Source of the DNA: Acidobacteriota bacterium
GTDB taxonomy: Bacteria; Acidobacteriota; Thermoanaerobaculia; Gp7-AA8
NCBI GenBank assembly: GCA_019244185.1
Contig: JAFATB010000010.1
Span: forward strand, 57,773-121,772
Direction of reading: 5' to 3'
Length of the DNA: 64,000 bases
Position numbers and translations under genes: made by a program. Below the pieces are notes generated by a model. The model saw nothing but the letters and a program-made list of their open reading frames with translations, had not been told where the DNA came from and searched no databases. This document shows positions 37,720 through 49,326 of this stretch, piece by piece. Positions within the stretch are counted from its first letter, which is position 1. Each line of letters opens with the position of its first letter.

Positions 37720-38100
37720 ATGCGTACGCTCGTCCTGCCGCTCGCTCTCGTGCTCTGCGCCGCCGCCATCGCCCAGGAGGCGCCGCCCGCCGCCGCGCTG
37801 CCGTGCCCGAAGGTCGCGCTCACGGCGCCGGACGAGATCAAAGCCGGCGAGGCGATGAAGGTCAGCGCGTCGCTGAGCGGCGGCGATCCAGAAGTCACGC
37901 CGACGTACAACTGGAGCGTCTCGGCGGGGACGGTGTCCTCGGGACAGGGAACGTCGACGATCACTGTCGATACCGGCGACGTCGAGCAGGACACGATCAC
38001 CGTCGCGGTGGAAGTCGGCGGCTTCGCGCCGGAGTGCGCGGTGGTCGACAGCGCGTCGACGATGGTGGAGCGTCCGGCGAAGCCGCAGCCGCCGCGCTGA
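37720..38100 (+). CDS. Small secreted beta-rich (PKD-like) protein
   Basis: Signal peptide; TYNWSVSAGTVSSGQGTSTITVDT; extended -10 TGCTATCGT. Confidence 0.7.
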   Translation: MRTLVLPLALVLCAAAIAQEAPPAAALPCPKVALTAPDEIKAGEAMKVSASLSGGDPEVTPTYNWSVSAGTVSSGQGTSTITVDTGDVEQDTITVAVEVGGFAPECAVVDSASTMVERPAKPQPPR

Positions 38101-38110
38101 AACGCGCGCG

Positions 38111-38434
38111 CTACTTCTTCGGCAGCATGTAGACCGTTTCGCCCTTGCGCGACATGCCGAGGTCTTCGCGGGCGATGCGCTCGACGGCGTACGACGACTG
38201 CTTCACGCTGCGGATCTCGGCACGGAGACGCGCGTTCTCGGCTTCGGTCTGCGCGATCTCTTTGCGCAGCTCGGACACGCGCGTGCGCGAATGCTGCAGC
38301 TCGGGCAGGCCGCGGTCGCTGAAGAAGAACGACACGGTGAACACGAGGAACAGCGCGCCCGACAGCAGGATCACGGCTTTGAACGTGACCTGCGACGCGC
38401 GGCGCGAGTCGTGGGTGGAGACCGACGGCAGCAT
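38111..38434 (-). CDS. ftsB: Septum formation initiator FtsB/DivIC
   Basis: One TM helix, coiled coil, VERIAREDLGMSRKGETVY. Confidence 0.85.
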   Translation of the reverse strand: MLPSVSTHDSRRASQVTFKAVILLSGALFLVFTVSFFFSDRGLPELQHSRTRVSELRKEIAQTEAENARLRAEIRSVKQSSYAVERIAREDLGMSRKGETVYMLPKK

Positions 38435-38462
38435 CCGGCTCGTAGTTTAGAATAATTCGGAC

Positions 38463-39899
38463 GTGAATCGTGACCGCGCATCGAATCCGCTGACCGAGCG
38501 CTACGCGTCGCGCGAGATGTCGTACCTCTTCTCGTCCGACTTCAAGTTCCGCACGTGGCGCCGTCTCTGGATCGCGCTCGCCGAAGCGGAGCAGGAGCTC
38601 GGCCTGCGCATCACCGACGCGCAGCTCGCCGAGCTTCGCGAGCACGCGAACGACATCAACTACGACGACGCGGAACGCCGCGAGCGCGAGATCCGCCACG
38701 ACGTGATGTCGCACATCTACGCGTTCGGCCTGCAGGCGCCGTCCGCGAAGGGCATCATCCACCTCGGCGCCACCTCCGCCTTCGTCACCGACAACACGGA
38801 CATCCTGCAGATGGCCGAGGGGCTGCGCATCGTGCAGCGGCGGCTCGTGAACCTGATGGCCAAGCTGCGCGACTTCGCGTGGCGTTGGCGCGCGACGCCG
38901 GCGCTCGCGTTCACGCACTTTCAGCCCGCGCAGCTGACGACGGTCGGCAAGCGCGCGACGCTCTGGCTGCACGATCTCGTGCTCGACTATCGCGACCTCG
39001 AGTTCCGCGCATCGCAGCTCGCGCTTCTCGGCGTGAAAGGCGCGACCGGCACGCAGGCATCGTTCCTCAATCTGTTCGACGGCGACGAAGCGAAAGTGCA
39101 GCGCCTCGAGGAGCTCGTCGCCGAGAAGCTCGGCATGCGGCGCAGCTATCCGGTGTCGGGGCAAACCTATTCGCGCAAAGTCGACGCGCAGGTCGTGGCC
39201 GCGCTCTCCGGCTTCGCGCAGTCGGCCTCGAAGTTCGGCTACGACATGCGTCTGCTGCAGCACCTGCGCGAGATCGAGGAGCCGTTCGAGGAAGAGCAGG
39301 TCGGCAGCTCCGCGATGGCGTACAAGCGCAATCCGATGCGCGCGGAGCGCATCGACGCGCTGGCGCGGCATCTCATCGTCAACGCGCTCAATCCCGCGTT
39401 CACCGCGGCGACGCAGTGGTTCGAGCGGACGCTCGACGACTCGGCCAATCGCCGCATCGCGATCCCCGAGGCGTTCCTCGCCGCGGATGCGATCGCGCTG
39501 ATCTACGACAACGTCGTCGGCGGTCTCGTCGTGCACGAGGAAGTGATCGCCGCGAACGTGCGGCGCGAGCTGCCGTTCCTCATGACCGAGAACCTGATGA
39601 TGGAAGGCGTCGCGCGCGGCGGCGACCGGCAGGTGCTGCACGAGCGCGTGCGCATTCACTCGCAGGCCGCGGCGGACGCGCTGAAGTCGGGCGCGGCGGA
39701 GAACGATCTCTTCGATCGCATCGCGCGCGACGAGCTGTTCGCCATCGACCGCGCGTCGATCGAACGCCTCGCGCGCGCCGAGGACTACGTCGGTCTCTCG
39801 CGGCAGCAGACGGAGCGCTTCCTCGCGGGAGACGTCGATCCGATTCTCGCGAACGAGCGCGCGTCGATCAAAGACGAAGTCGGCGAGGTGCGCGTATGA
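38463..39899 (+). CDS. purB: Adenylosuccinate lyase
   Basis: RHDVMSH, HLGATS, FTHFQPAQLTTVGKR, GSSAMAYKRNP, FERTLDDSANRR. Confidence 0.96.
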   Translation: MNRDRASNPLTERYASREMSYLFSSDFKFRTWRRLWIALAEAEQELGLRITDAQLAELREHANDINYDDAERREREIRHDVMSHIYAFGLQAPSAKGIIHLGATSAFVTDNTDILQMAEGLRIVQRRLVNLMAKLRDFAWRWRATPALAFTHFQPAQLTTVGKRATLWLHDLVLDYRDLEFRASQLALLGVKGATGTQASFLNLFDGDEAKVQRLEELVAEKLGMRRSYPVSGQTYSRKVDAQVVAALSGFAQSASKFGYDMRLLQHLREIEEPFEEEQVGSSAMAYKRNPMRAERIDALARHLIVNALNPAFTAATQWFERTLDDSANRRIAIPEAFLAADAIALIYDNVVGGLVVHEEVIAANVRRELPFLMTENLMMEGVARGGDRQVLHERVRIHSQAAADALKSGAAENDLFDRIARDELFAIDRASIERLARAEDYVGLSRQQTERFLAGDVDPILANERASIKDEVGEVRV

Positions 39900-40813
39900 G
39901 GCCGCGGATCTTCGCGGTCGCGCTGTTCGTCGTGCTCGCGTACGGCTGCGCCACCACAGCGCCGCCGCCCGCCGCCCCGCCCGAGCCGCTGCACGGCATC
40001 GCCAGCTGGTACGGCGAGGAGTTCGCCGGACGCACGACGGCGAACGGCGAGATCTTCGATCCGCTGCTGCTCACGGCCGCGCATCGCACGCTGCCGTTCG
40101 GCACGATCGTCGACGTCACGAACGCGAAGACGCACCAGAGCGTGCGCGTGCGCGTCAACGATCGCGGCCCGTACATCGGCAACCGCATGATCGATCTCTC
40201 GTACGCCGCCGCGCAGAAGATCGGGCTCATCGAGCCGGGCACGGGCGAAGTCGACGTCGCGGTCGTGAAGCTCGGCAACGGCGATCGCGAGCCGCCCGCG
40301 CCGCTCGAGGTGACGATCGCGGAAGCGCCCGCGGTCGTGACGCCCGCGCCGTCCGCCGACGCGCCGGTCTCCGACGCCCCGAAAGTCGACTTCCCGATTC
40401 CCGCGCCGGAGCCGATACGCCCCGCGCCCGAGCCGATCGTGATCGATCGCGTGGCCGTCGAGACGCAGCACGCCGACGTCATCACGCGCAAGCAGGTTTC
40501 CGAGGACGGGACGAAGCTCACCGACGTCCCGGTCGCGATCGTGCCGCGCACGAAGGCGCCGACGACGCTGCCGTCCACCACGTTACCCGCGTCGCGCGGC
40601 GGGTTCGTCGTGCAGGTGGGCGCGTTCGCCGTCGAAGCGAACGCGAAGTCGCTGCAGAGCAAGCTCACGACGCTCGGTCAGCGCGCCTGGATCGATCACG
40701 ACGATCTCTTCCGCGTCCGCCTCGGCCCGTTCGCGACGAGAGATCAGGCCGCGCAGGCGCGCCAGTCTCTCGAGGCGAACGGGATTTCGGCGATCATCGT
40801 GGCGGGCAACTAG
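39896..40813 (+). CDS. rlpA: Septal ring lytic transglycosylase RlpA with SPOR domain
   Basis: Lipobox AYGC; ASWYG, TAAHRTLPFG, VNDRGPY; SPOR VQVGAF...RVRLGPF. Confidence 0.93.
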   Translation: MRPRIFAVALFVVLAYGCATTAPPPAAPPEPLHGIASWYGEEFAGRTTANGEIFDPLLLTAAHRTLPFGTIVDVTNAKTHQSVRVRVNDRGPYIGNRMIDLSYAAAQKIGLIEPGTGEVDVAVVKLGNGDREPPAPLEVTIAEAPAVVTPAPSADAPVSDAPKVDFPIPAPEPIRPAPEPIVIDRVAVETQHADVITRKQVSEDGTKLTDVPVAIVPRTKAPTTLPSTTLPASRGGFVVQVGAFAVEANAKSLQSKLTTLGQRAWIDHDDLFRVRLGPFATRDQAAQARQSLEANGISAIIVAGN

Positions 40814-40837
40814 GGACTGCGACGCACGAAGTCGCGC

Positions 40838-40891
40838 GGCAGCCGTACGTGCCGCTTGGCTCGGCCCTTAGCGCAGCCGGCCGGGCCGGCC
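40838..40891. repeat. Single arm of the REP-like element at 49151-49316
   Basis: ggcagccgtacgtgc...ggcccttagcgcagccggccgggccggcc matches the arms of that element. Confidence 0.75.
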
Positions 40892-41307
40892 TAAAGGAGT
40901 TCCGACTCGGCGAAGAAGAAGTTGATCTCGATCTTCGCGTTCTCATCCGAGTCCGAGCCGTGGATCGCGTTCTGCTCGATCGACTCGCCGAACTCCTTGC
41001 GGATCGTGCCGGCGTCCGCCTTCGCGGGATCGGTCGCGCCCATGACCTGGCGCAGCGTCGGCACCGCGCTCTCGCGCTCCAGCGCCGCGACGTAGACCGG
41101 CCCCGAGGTCATGTACTCGACGAGGCTCTTGAAGAACGGGCGTTCGCGATGCACGCCGTAAAACGCCTCGGCCTGCTTCTGCGTGAGGCTGACTTTCTTG
41201 ATGCCGAGGACCTGGAAACCCTGCTCCTCGAGGCGGCCGATGATCTTGCCGAAGTTGCCCTTGCGGACGGAGTCGGGCTTGATGATGGTGAACGTACGAT
41301 TGGACAT
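40891..41307 (-). CDS. ndk: Nucleoside diphosphate kinase
   Basis: TFTIIKPD, FYGVHRERPFF, NAIHGSDS. Confidence 0.97.
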   Translation of the reverse strand: MSNRTFTIIKPDSVRKGNFGKIIGRLEEQGFQVLGIKKVSLTQKQAEAFYGVHRERPFFKSLVEYMTSGPVYVAALERESAVPTLRQVMGATDPAKADAGTIRKEFGESIEQNAIHGSDSDENAKIEINFFFAESELL

Positions 41308-41343
41308 CGATTTTCCTTTGCAGCGTTGGATTCGGGCGGCGGA

Positions 41344-43485
<2,142 letters not shown>

Positions 43486-43522
43486 GGAGATTGGCGAGAT
43501 TGTACGCCCACCGCTGAAAAGC

Positions 43523-43557
43523 GAAGGCAGAAGGCAGAGGGCAGAAGGCAGAAGTCA
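43523..43557. repeat. Tandem heptamer GAAGGCA x5 (single arm)
   Basis: gaaggca gaaggca gagggca gaaggca gaagtca. Confidence 0.8.
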
Positions 43558-44568
43558 GATCGGGACGATCACCAGTCCGTCGCGCCGCTCGTAACCTGCG
43601 TCGTGTGGGATCGCGGCGTCTTCGCGGCAGATCATCACATCGCTCAGCTCCACCGGTCCGGCCACGTTGACGCCGTGGGCGACGATGCAGCGCTCGAGGC
43701 GCACGCTGCCGCCGATCGCGCAGTCGTCCCAGACGATCGAGTCGACGAGCTCTCCGCGCACGTTGCTGCGCGCGCCGATGACGGAGCGCGTGCGCGAGCC
43801 CGGCATCGCGGCGGTGGCGTCGACGAGCGAGTCGTCGCGCACGAGCGAGCCCTGCGGCGGCGTGACGTCGCCCGCAACGATCGCGGCGAGCAGCGCGTGC
43901 GACGCTGTGAGGTAGCGCTGCGGCGTGCCGATGTCGAACCACAGCCCGTCGTTCACGACCGCGGCCATGGTCTCGTTCGCGAGCTGCGGCTGATAGACCT
44001 CGTCGACGATGCCGGAGAAGTCTTTGTCCGGCAGGTAGCGGAAGATGCGCGCGCTGATGCAGTGCGAGCCGGAGAACATGAGCGCCTCGCCGGTGCCTTG
44101 GCCGAAGCCGGTGACGCGGCCGTGGTCGTTCCAGACGGCGGTGAAGCGATCGTTCTCCGGCGGATGGCGCAGCGTGAGCGCGGCCAGCGCGTCGACGGCG
44201 CGTCGCGCGTCGCGCAGCTCGTCGTAACGCGGGAACTGCACGGTGTCGCCGTTGACGAGGAAAAAGTCTTCGTCGTTTTCGAGCAGCGGACGCACGCGGC
44301 GAATGCCCCCGCCGGTGCCGAGGATCTCGTGCTCGAAGGAAAAGTGCAGCGTGGCGTGGCGGCTGTAGCGCTCGTGCAGATACTGCTCGAGCACGCCCGG
44401 CAGATGATGCAGGTTGACGATGAGGTCGCGCACGCCGGCGGCGAGGAACGACTCCACGGCCCAGCCGATGAGCGGACGATTGCAGAGCGGCACCATCGGC
44501 TTCGGCAGCGTGTAGGTGATGGGGCGGAGCCGCGTGCCGTAGCCCGCGGCGAGGATCATGGCTTTCAT
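43555..44568 (-). CDS. NDP-sugar synthase / nucleotidyltransferase (mannose-1-P guanylyltransferase-like)
   Basis: MKAMILAAGYGTRLRPIT..PKP, LGTGGG, WFDIGTP; short C-terminal beta-helix. Confidence 0.88.
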   Translation of the reverse strand: MKAMILAAGYGTRLRPITYTLPKPMVPLCNRPLIGWAVESFLAAGVRDLIVNLHHLPGVLEQYLHERYSRHATLHFSFEHEILGTGGGIRRVRPLLENDEDFFLVNGDTVQFPRYDELRDARRAVDALAALTLRHPPENDRFTAVWNDHGRVTGFGQGTGEALMFSGSHCISARIFRYLPDKDFSGIVDEVYQPQLANETMAAVVNDGLWFDIGTPQRYLTASHALLAAIVAGDVTPPQGSLVRDDSLVDATAAMPGSRTRSVIGARSNVRGELVDSIVWDDCAIGGSVRLERCIVAHGVNVAGPVELSDVMICREDAAIPHDAGYERRDGLVIVPI

Positions 44569-45131
44569 GCGGAGGGGAGCTGCTCCGGCGGGAAGACCAT
44601 GTTCTCGGGCAGGTCGGCGCGCGTGCGGCGGTGCTGGCGATAGAGCTCCGCGTACGACTGGCGGATGCCGGAGTCCATGTTCATCCCGAGTTGTTCGGCG
44701 ACACCGCGGATGACGTCGAGCGCGCCTTCGATCTCGAAGTAGTCGCCGATCGGCGTGCGGTCGAGCACGACTTCGACGTCGTGGACGCGCCACACTTCGC
44801 GGAACTTCTGGTAGCGGAAGGTCGGCTTGAAGCCGAGCGCGTCGAAGAGCTGGATGGCGAGCTCGAAGCTCTCCACGCCGGTCTGCACTTCCTCGCGCGA
44901 CTTCACGCCGCCTTCGAACGCCATCGGACCTTTGAACGTGGCCAGCGCGTAGCGCCCGAACTTGCGCACGCGCAGCATCGAGCCTTTCGTGCGCAGCTCG
45001 CCGCGCCGGTCGAGCACGATGTTGTCTTCGAACGTCTCGGCGTAGAGGCGCTGCGCGCCGAGCTCGTGCAGTTTGCGCACGAGCGCGTTGCGGTCCTTGA
45101 GGGCGAACTTGATCTCGATTTCCTGAGCCAC
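44565..45131 (-). CDS. CYTH domain protein (class IV adenylate cyclase-like)
   Basis: EIEIKF, LRVR, SREEVQ, YQKFREVW, YFEIEG. Confidence 0.88.
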   Translation of the reverse strand: MAQEIEIKFALKDRNALVRKLHELGAQRLYAETFEDNIVLDRRGELRTKGSMLRVRKFGRYALATFKGPMAFEGGVKSREEVQTGVESFELAIQLFDALGFKPTFRYQKFREVWRVHDVEVVLDRTPIGDYFEIEGALDVIRGVAEQLGMNMDSGIRQSYAELYRQHRRTRADLPENMVFPPEQLPSA

Positions 45132-46318
45132 TAATTCCTCAGTACTTCGACGCCGGGCAACGTTTCTCCGGCGATGAACTCGAGCGAGGCGCCGCCGCCG
45201 GTCGAGATGTGCGTGATGCGATCGGCGAAGCCGGAGGCTTTCACCGCTTCGACCGATTCGCCACCGCCGACGACGGTGATCGCGTCGGCGTTCGCGACCG
45301 CCTTGGCGATGGCCATCGTGCCTTTCGCGAACTCCTCTTTCTCGAAGACACCCATCGGGCCGTTCCAGAAGATCGTCTTCGCTTCTTTCAGCTCGGCCTC
45401 GTACAGCTTCACCGTTTGCGGGCCGATGTCGAACGCTTTCTCCTCGGCGACGAAGCCTTCGGAGACTTCGACCTCGTCGACGCCGGTCGGCGCATCGAGC
45501 GAGTCGGCGACGATGAGATCGACGGGCAGCACGAGCTCGGCGCCGTCGGCTTCCATGATGCGGCGGGCGACGTCGAGCGAGTCGTTGTCGACGAGCGATC
45601 CGCCCATCGGCACGCCGCGCGCGGCGAGGAACGTGTTGGCCATGCCGCCGCCGATGAGGATCTTGTCGGCGAGCTTCTGCAGCGCCTCGAGCGGCTCGAT
45701 CTTGCCGGCGATCTTCGCGCCGCCGAGGAGCGCGACGAACGGGCGCTCGGAAACGTTGGTCACCTTCTGCAGGAACGTCAGCTCTTTCTCGAGCAGCAGG
45801 CCGCCCGCGGTGTGGTCTTTCGGAAAGAGGCGCGGCAGCGCATCGATCGACGCATGCGCGCGATGACAGGCGCCGAACGCATCGTTCAAATAGACATCCG
45901 CGAGCTTGCGCAGCTGCGCGGCGAACTCGGCGTCGTTCTTTTCCTCGCCGGCGTGAAAGCGCAGGTTCTCGACGAGCAGCACGCCGCCCGCTGCAAGCTG
46001 CGCGGCCGCGTTCTCGGCTTCATCGCCGACGCAGTCGGATGCCCACGCGACGTCGCGGCCGAGGAGTTCGGAGAGCTTCGCGCGGATCGGCTGCAGCGAG
46101 TACTTGTCGTTGCGCTGCCCTTTGGGGCGCCCGAGATGGCTGGCGATGACGACGGCCGCGCCTTTGTCGAGCAATGCGCGCAGCGTCGGCAGCGTCTCCT
46201 CGATGCGCGTGGCGTCGGTGATGCGCGTGCCTTCGAGCGGCACGTTGTAGTCGACGCGGTAGAAGACACGCGTGTTCCGCGCGACCGGCAGCTGATCGAG
46301 AGTGCGAATGTGAATCAT
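45131..46318 (-). CDS. pgk: Phosphoglycerate kinase
   Basis: RVDYNVP, SHLGRPKG, NDAFGACHRAHAS, WNGPMGVFE, HISTGGGASLE. Confidence 0.97.
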   Translation of the reverse strand: MIHIRTLDQLPVARNTRVFYRVDYNVPLEGTRITDATRIEETLPTLRALLDKGAAVVIASHLGRPKGQRNDKYSLQPIRAKLSELLGRDVAWASDCVGDEAENAAAQLAAGGVLLVENLRFHAGEEKNDAEFAAQLRKLADVYLNDAFGACHRAHASIDALPRLFPKDHTAGGLLLEKELTFLQKVTNVSERPFVALLGGAKIAGKIEPLEALQKLADKILIGGGMANTFLAARGVPMGGSLVDNDSLDVARRIMEADGAELVLPVDLIVADSLDAPTGVDEVEVSEGFVAEEKAFDIGPQTVKLYEAELKEAKTIFWNGPMGVFEKEEFAKGTMAIAKAVANADAITVVGGGESVEAVKASGFADRITHISTGGGASLEFIAGETLPGVEVLRN

Positions 46319-46322
46319 GAGC

Positions 46323-46401
46323 GAACGATGGGCGATGAACGATGAACGATGAACCCGGCGTCACGAGAACGGCATCGTTCATCGTTCCGCGTTCATCGTT
46401 C
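46323..46401. repeat. Heptamer palindrome (GATGAAC type) between gap and pgk
   Basis: (gatgaac)n ... (gttcatc)n arms. Confidence 0.8.
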
Positions 46402-46408
46402 TTCGCGA

Positions 46409-47437
46409 TCACCGCATCGCGAGTGCCTCCTTCTTCACGTGTGCCACGTGCGCAATCAGATCCAGGATGCGATTGCTGTAGCCCCACTCGTTGTCGTACC
46501 ACGCCAGGATCTTGTGCATGCGCGGATTGACCGAGCGCGTGAAGGTCGTGTCGAGGATCGACGAGTGCGCGTTGTGGTTGAAGTCGACGGAGACGAGCTG
46601 TTCGTCCGAATACGCGAGGATGCCTTTGAGCTCGCCGTCGGCCGCGTCGCGCAGCACCTGATTGATCTCGTCGACGTTGGTCGGCTTCTCGGTCTCGAAC
46701 GTCAAATCCACGAGCGAGACGTTCGGCGTCGGTACGCGCACGGAGATGCCGTCGAATTTCCCTTTCAATTCCGGCAGCACGAGGCCGACCGCCTGCGCGG
46801 CGCCCGTCGACGTCGGGATCATCGACAACGCGGCGGCGCGGCCGCGGCGCAGGTCTTTGTGCGGCAGATCGAGGATCTCCTGATCGTTGGTGTACGAATG
46901 GATCGTGGTCATGATGCCCATCGTGATGCCGAAGCGCTGATGGAGCACCTTCGCGACCGGTGCGAGACAGTTCGTGGTGCACGAGGCGTTCGAGATGATC
47001 TGGTGCTTCGCGGGATCGAACTGATCTTCATTGACGCCCATGCAGAACGTGGCGTCCGCGTCTTTGGACGGCGCGGAGATGATGACCGTCGAGACGCTCT
47101 TCTTGAGATGCCGCGAGGCTTTGTCTTTGGAGGTGAAGCGGCCCGAGGATTCGACCACAATTTCAACGCCGAGCTCGTCCCACGGAATGTCGGCGGGATC
47201 GGGGTTGGAGTAGACGCGCAGCTCCTTGCCGTCGATGGTGATGCCGGTGTCGCTGTGGCGGATGTCGTTCGGGATCGTGCGATGCACGGAGTCGTATTTG
47301 AGCAGGTACGCCAGCGTCGCGGGGCTGGTGAGATCGTTCACCGCGACGAATTCGATGTCGTGATTCCGGTGCTCGAGCGCGGCGCGCACGACGTTGCGCC
47401 CGATGCGCCCGAAACCGTTCACTCCAACCTTTACCAT
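46409..47437 (-). CDS. gap: Type I glyceraldehyde-3-phosphate dehydrogenase
   Basis: VGVNGFGRIGR, SNASCTTNCLAP, WYDNEWGYS; SD GGAGG. Confidence 0.97.
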   Translation of the reverse strand: MVKVGVNGFGRIGRNVVRAALEHRNHDIEFVAVNDLTSPATLAYLLKYDSVHRTIPNDIRHSDTGITIDGKELRVYSNPDPADIPWDELGVEIVVESSGRFTSKDKASRHLKKSVSTVIISAPSKDADATFCMGVNEDQFDPAKHQIISNASCTTNCLAPVAKVLHQRFGITMGIMTTIHSYTNDQEILDLPHKDLRRGRAAALSMIPTSTGAAQAVGLVLPELKGKFDGISVRVPTPNVSLVDLTFETEKPTNVDEINQVLRDAADGELKGILAYSDEQLVSVDFNHNAHSSILDTTFTRSVNPRMHKILAWYDNEWGYSNRILDLIAHVAHVKKEALAMR

Positions 47438-47476
47438 CCGAGGTCCTCCCGTATCAGGGCGAGCTAGTATATCGAG

Positions 47477-48496
47477 GTGAATCCGACTGCGAAGTCCATG
47501 CACGTCACGCCTCTGCGGTGGGAAGGCGGCGTGCTGTTTCTCCTCGATCAACGGTTGCTTCCGCGCGAGGAAATCTGGGTCGCGTGCCGCACCGCAAACG
47601 AGGTCGCAGCCTCGATCGCGACGATGGTCGTGCGCGGCGCGCCGGCGATCGGCGTCGCCGCCGCGTACGGCATGGCGCTCGCCGCTGAGCGCGGCGACGA
47701 TCTCGATGACGCGGCGTCCACATTGAAGCGCGCGCGGCCGACCGCGGTGAATCTCGCGTGGGCCGTCGACCGCATGCTGCGCGCTTCGCGTGCAGGCGCC
47801 GATCTCACGCGCGAGGCGGAGCTCATCCACCGCGAAGACGTCGAAGCGAACATGCGCATCGGCCGGCACGGCGCCCAACTCCTCGGCGAACGCGCAACCG
47901 TGCTCACGCACTGCAACGCCGGCGCGCTTGCCACCGCCGGCTACGGCACCGCCCTCGGCGTGATCCGCGCCGCGATCGAAGGCGGCAAGCACGTGGCCGT
48001 GTTCGCCGACGAGACGCGGCCGTACCTGCAAGGCGCACGGCTTACCGCGTGGGAACTGCAGCAGGACGGCATCGACGTCACGCTGATCACCGACAACATG
48101 GCCGGCCATTTCTTTCAGCAGAACCGCTTCGACGCCGTGATCGTCGGCGCCGACCGCATCGCCGCGAACGGCGACACCGCGAACAAGATCGGCACATACA
48201 CCGTCGCCGTCCTCGCGCACGCGCACGACGTGCCGTTCTACGTCGCGGCCCCCATCTCGACGATCGATCCCGACTGCCCCGACGGCACCGCGATCCCCAT
48301 CGAGGAGCGCAGCGCGCAGGAGGTCGTGGAGGTCTTCGGCTCGCGCGTCGCACCGGAAGGCATCGCGGTCCGTCACCCCGCCTTCGACGTGACTCCCGCG
48401 CGGCTCGTGTCCGCGATCATCACCGACCGCGGCGTGCTGCGCGCGCCGTACGAATCCTCCATCGCCGCGCTCTTCGAGGAACGCGTGCATGCGTGA
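47477..48496 (+). CDS. mtnA: S-methyl-5-thioribose-1-phosphate isomerase
   Basis: [46 protein letters not shown]. Confidence 0.95.
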   Translation: MNPTAKSMHVTPLRWEGGVLFLLDQRLLPREEIWVACRTANEVAASIATMVVRGAPAIGVAAAYGMALAAERGDDLDDAASTLKRARPTAVNLAWAVDRMLRASRAGADLTREAELIHREDVEANMRIGRHGAQLLGERATVLTHCNAGALATAGYGTALGVIRAAIEGGKHVAVFADETRPYLQGARLTAWELQQDGIDVTLITDNMAGHFFQQNRFDAVIVGADRIAANGDTANKIGTYTVAVLAHAHDVPFYVAAPISTIDPDCPDGTAIPIEERSAQEVVEVFGSRVAPEGIAVRHPAFDVTPARLVSAIITDRGVLRAPYESSIAALFEERVHA

Positions 48497-49154
48497 TCGC
48501 TTCGCACGACTCGTGGCCGCGCTCTGGGCCGGCAGCGCATTCTTCCTGATGCTCGCCGCATCCGCCGCTTTCCGCGCCGCACCGAATCCCGACGCCGCCG
48601 CGGACGTCGTCGGCGCGATGCTGACGCGCTGGCATTACATCGCCCTCGCCGCACCGCTGCTGCTCTTCGCAATCGAGCTGCGCCGCGAACGAAAGTTCGT
48701 GTTCGTGATCCTCTTCGTCGCGCTGCTGCTCGCCGCCACTCAATCATTGCTCGACGTCCGCCTGCGCGCACTCCGCGCCTCGTCGCCGCTGGCGATCTCC
48801 GACCTCGACCGCGACGATCCGCTCCGCCGCCGCTTCGGCGCGCTGCACGCCGCGTCGATGTCGCTCCTATTGCTCGAAACGCTCGCCGCCGCCGCGGTGG
48901 TGCTGTCGAAGAAGGAGGAAGTTCCCGTCATGAGCAACTGGCAAGACAGCGAGGACACCACGATCTACAAAGTGATCGTGAACGACGAGGAGCAGTATTC
49001 GATCTGGCCCGCGAACCGCGAAAACGCCCTCGGCTGGCGCGACGCCGGCTTTCAAGGCACCAAGACCGAATGCCTCGCCTACATCGAGAAGGTCTGGACC
49101 GACATGCGCCCCCTCAGCCTGCGCAAAACGATGGACGGCGGCGAAGAACGTTGA
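48489..49154 (+). CDS. DUF4149-like membrane protein fused in frame to an MbtH-like domain
   Basis: About four TM helices with [11 protein letters not shown]; no stop codon before the MbtH domain. Confidence 0.7.
   Translation: MRDRFARLVAALWAGSAFFLMLAASAAFRAAPNPDAAADVVGAMLTRWHYIALAAPLLLFAIELRRERKFVFVILFVALLLAATQSLLDVRLRALRASSPLAISDLDRDDPLRRRFGALHAASMSLLLLETLAAAAVVLSKKEEVPVMSNWQDSEDTTIYKVIVNDEEQYSIWPANRENALGWRDAGFQGTKTECLAYIEKVWTDMRPLSLRKTMDGGEER
48930..49154 (+). CDS. mbtH: MbtH-like protein (internal start)
   Basis: [30 protein letters not shown]; SD AAGGAGG at 48912-48918. Confidence 0.85.
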   Translation: MSNWQDSEDTTIYKVIVNDEEQYSIWPANRENALGWRDAGFQGTKTECLAYIEKVWTDMRPLSLRKTMDGGEER

Positions 49155-49316
49155 CGAGGAGCGCCTCCGGCGGGCCGGCGCGGCCGGCAGCGCTAAGGGC
49201 TTAGCCAGTACGCACGTGCGGCTGCCGTCAACGACGTTAACCGCGACCGCACGTGCGTCTAGGCTAGGCCCTTAGCGCAGCCGGCCGCGCCGGCCCGCCG
49301 GAGGCGCTCCGGTCAA
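49151..49316. repeat. Long GC-rich inverted repeat (REPIN/MITE-like) between convergent genes
   Basis: About 60-bp arms, ggagcgcctccggcgggccggcgcggccggc...gcacgtgcgg and ccgcacgtgc...gccggccgcgccggcccgccggaggcgctcc. Confidence 0.85.
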
Positions 49317-49326
49317 TCTCCCTCGG

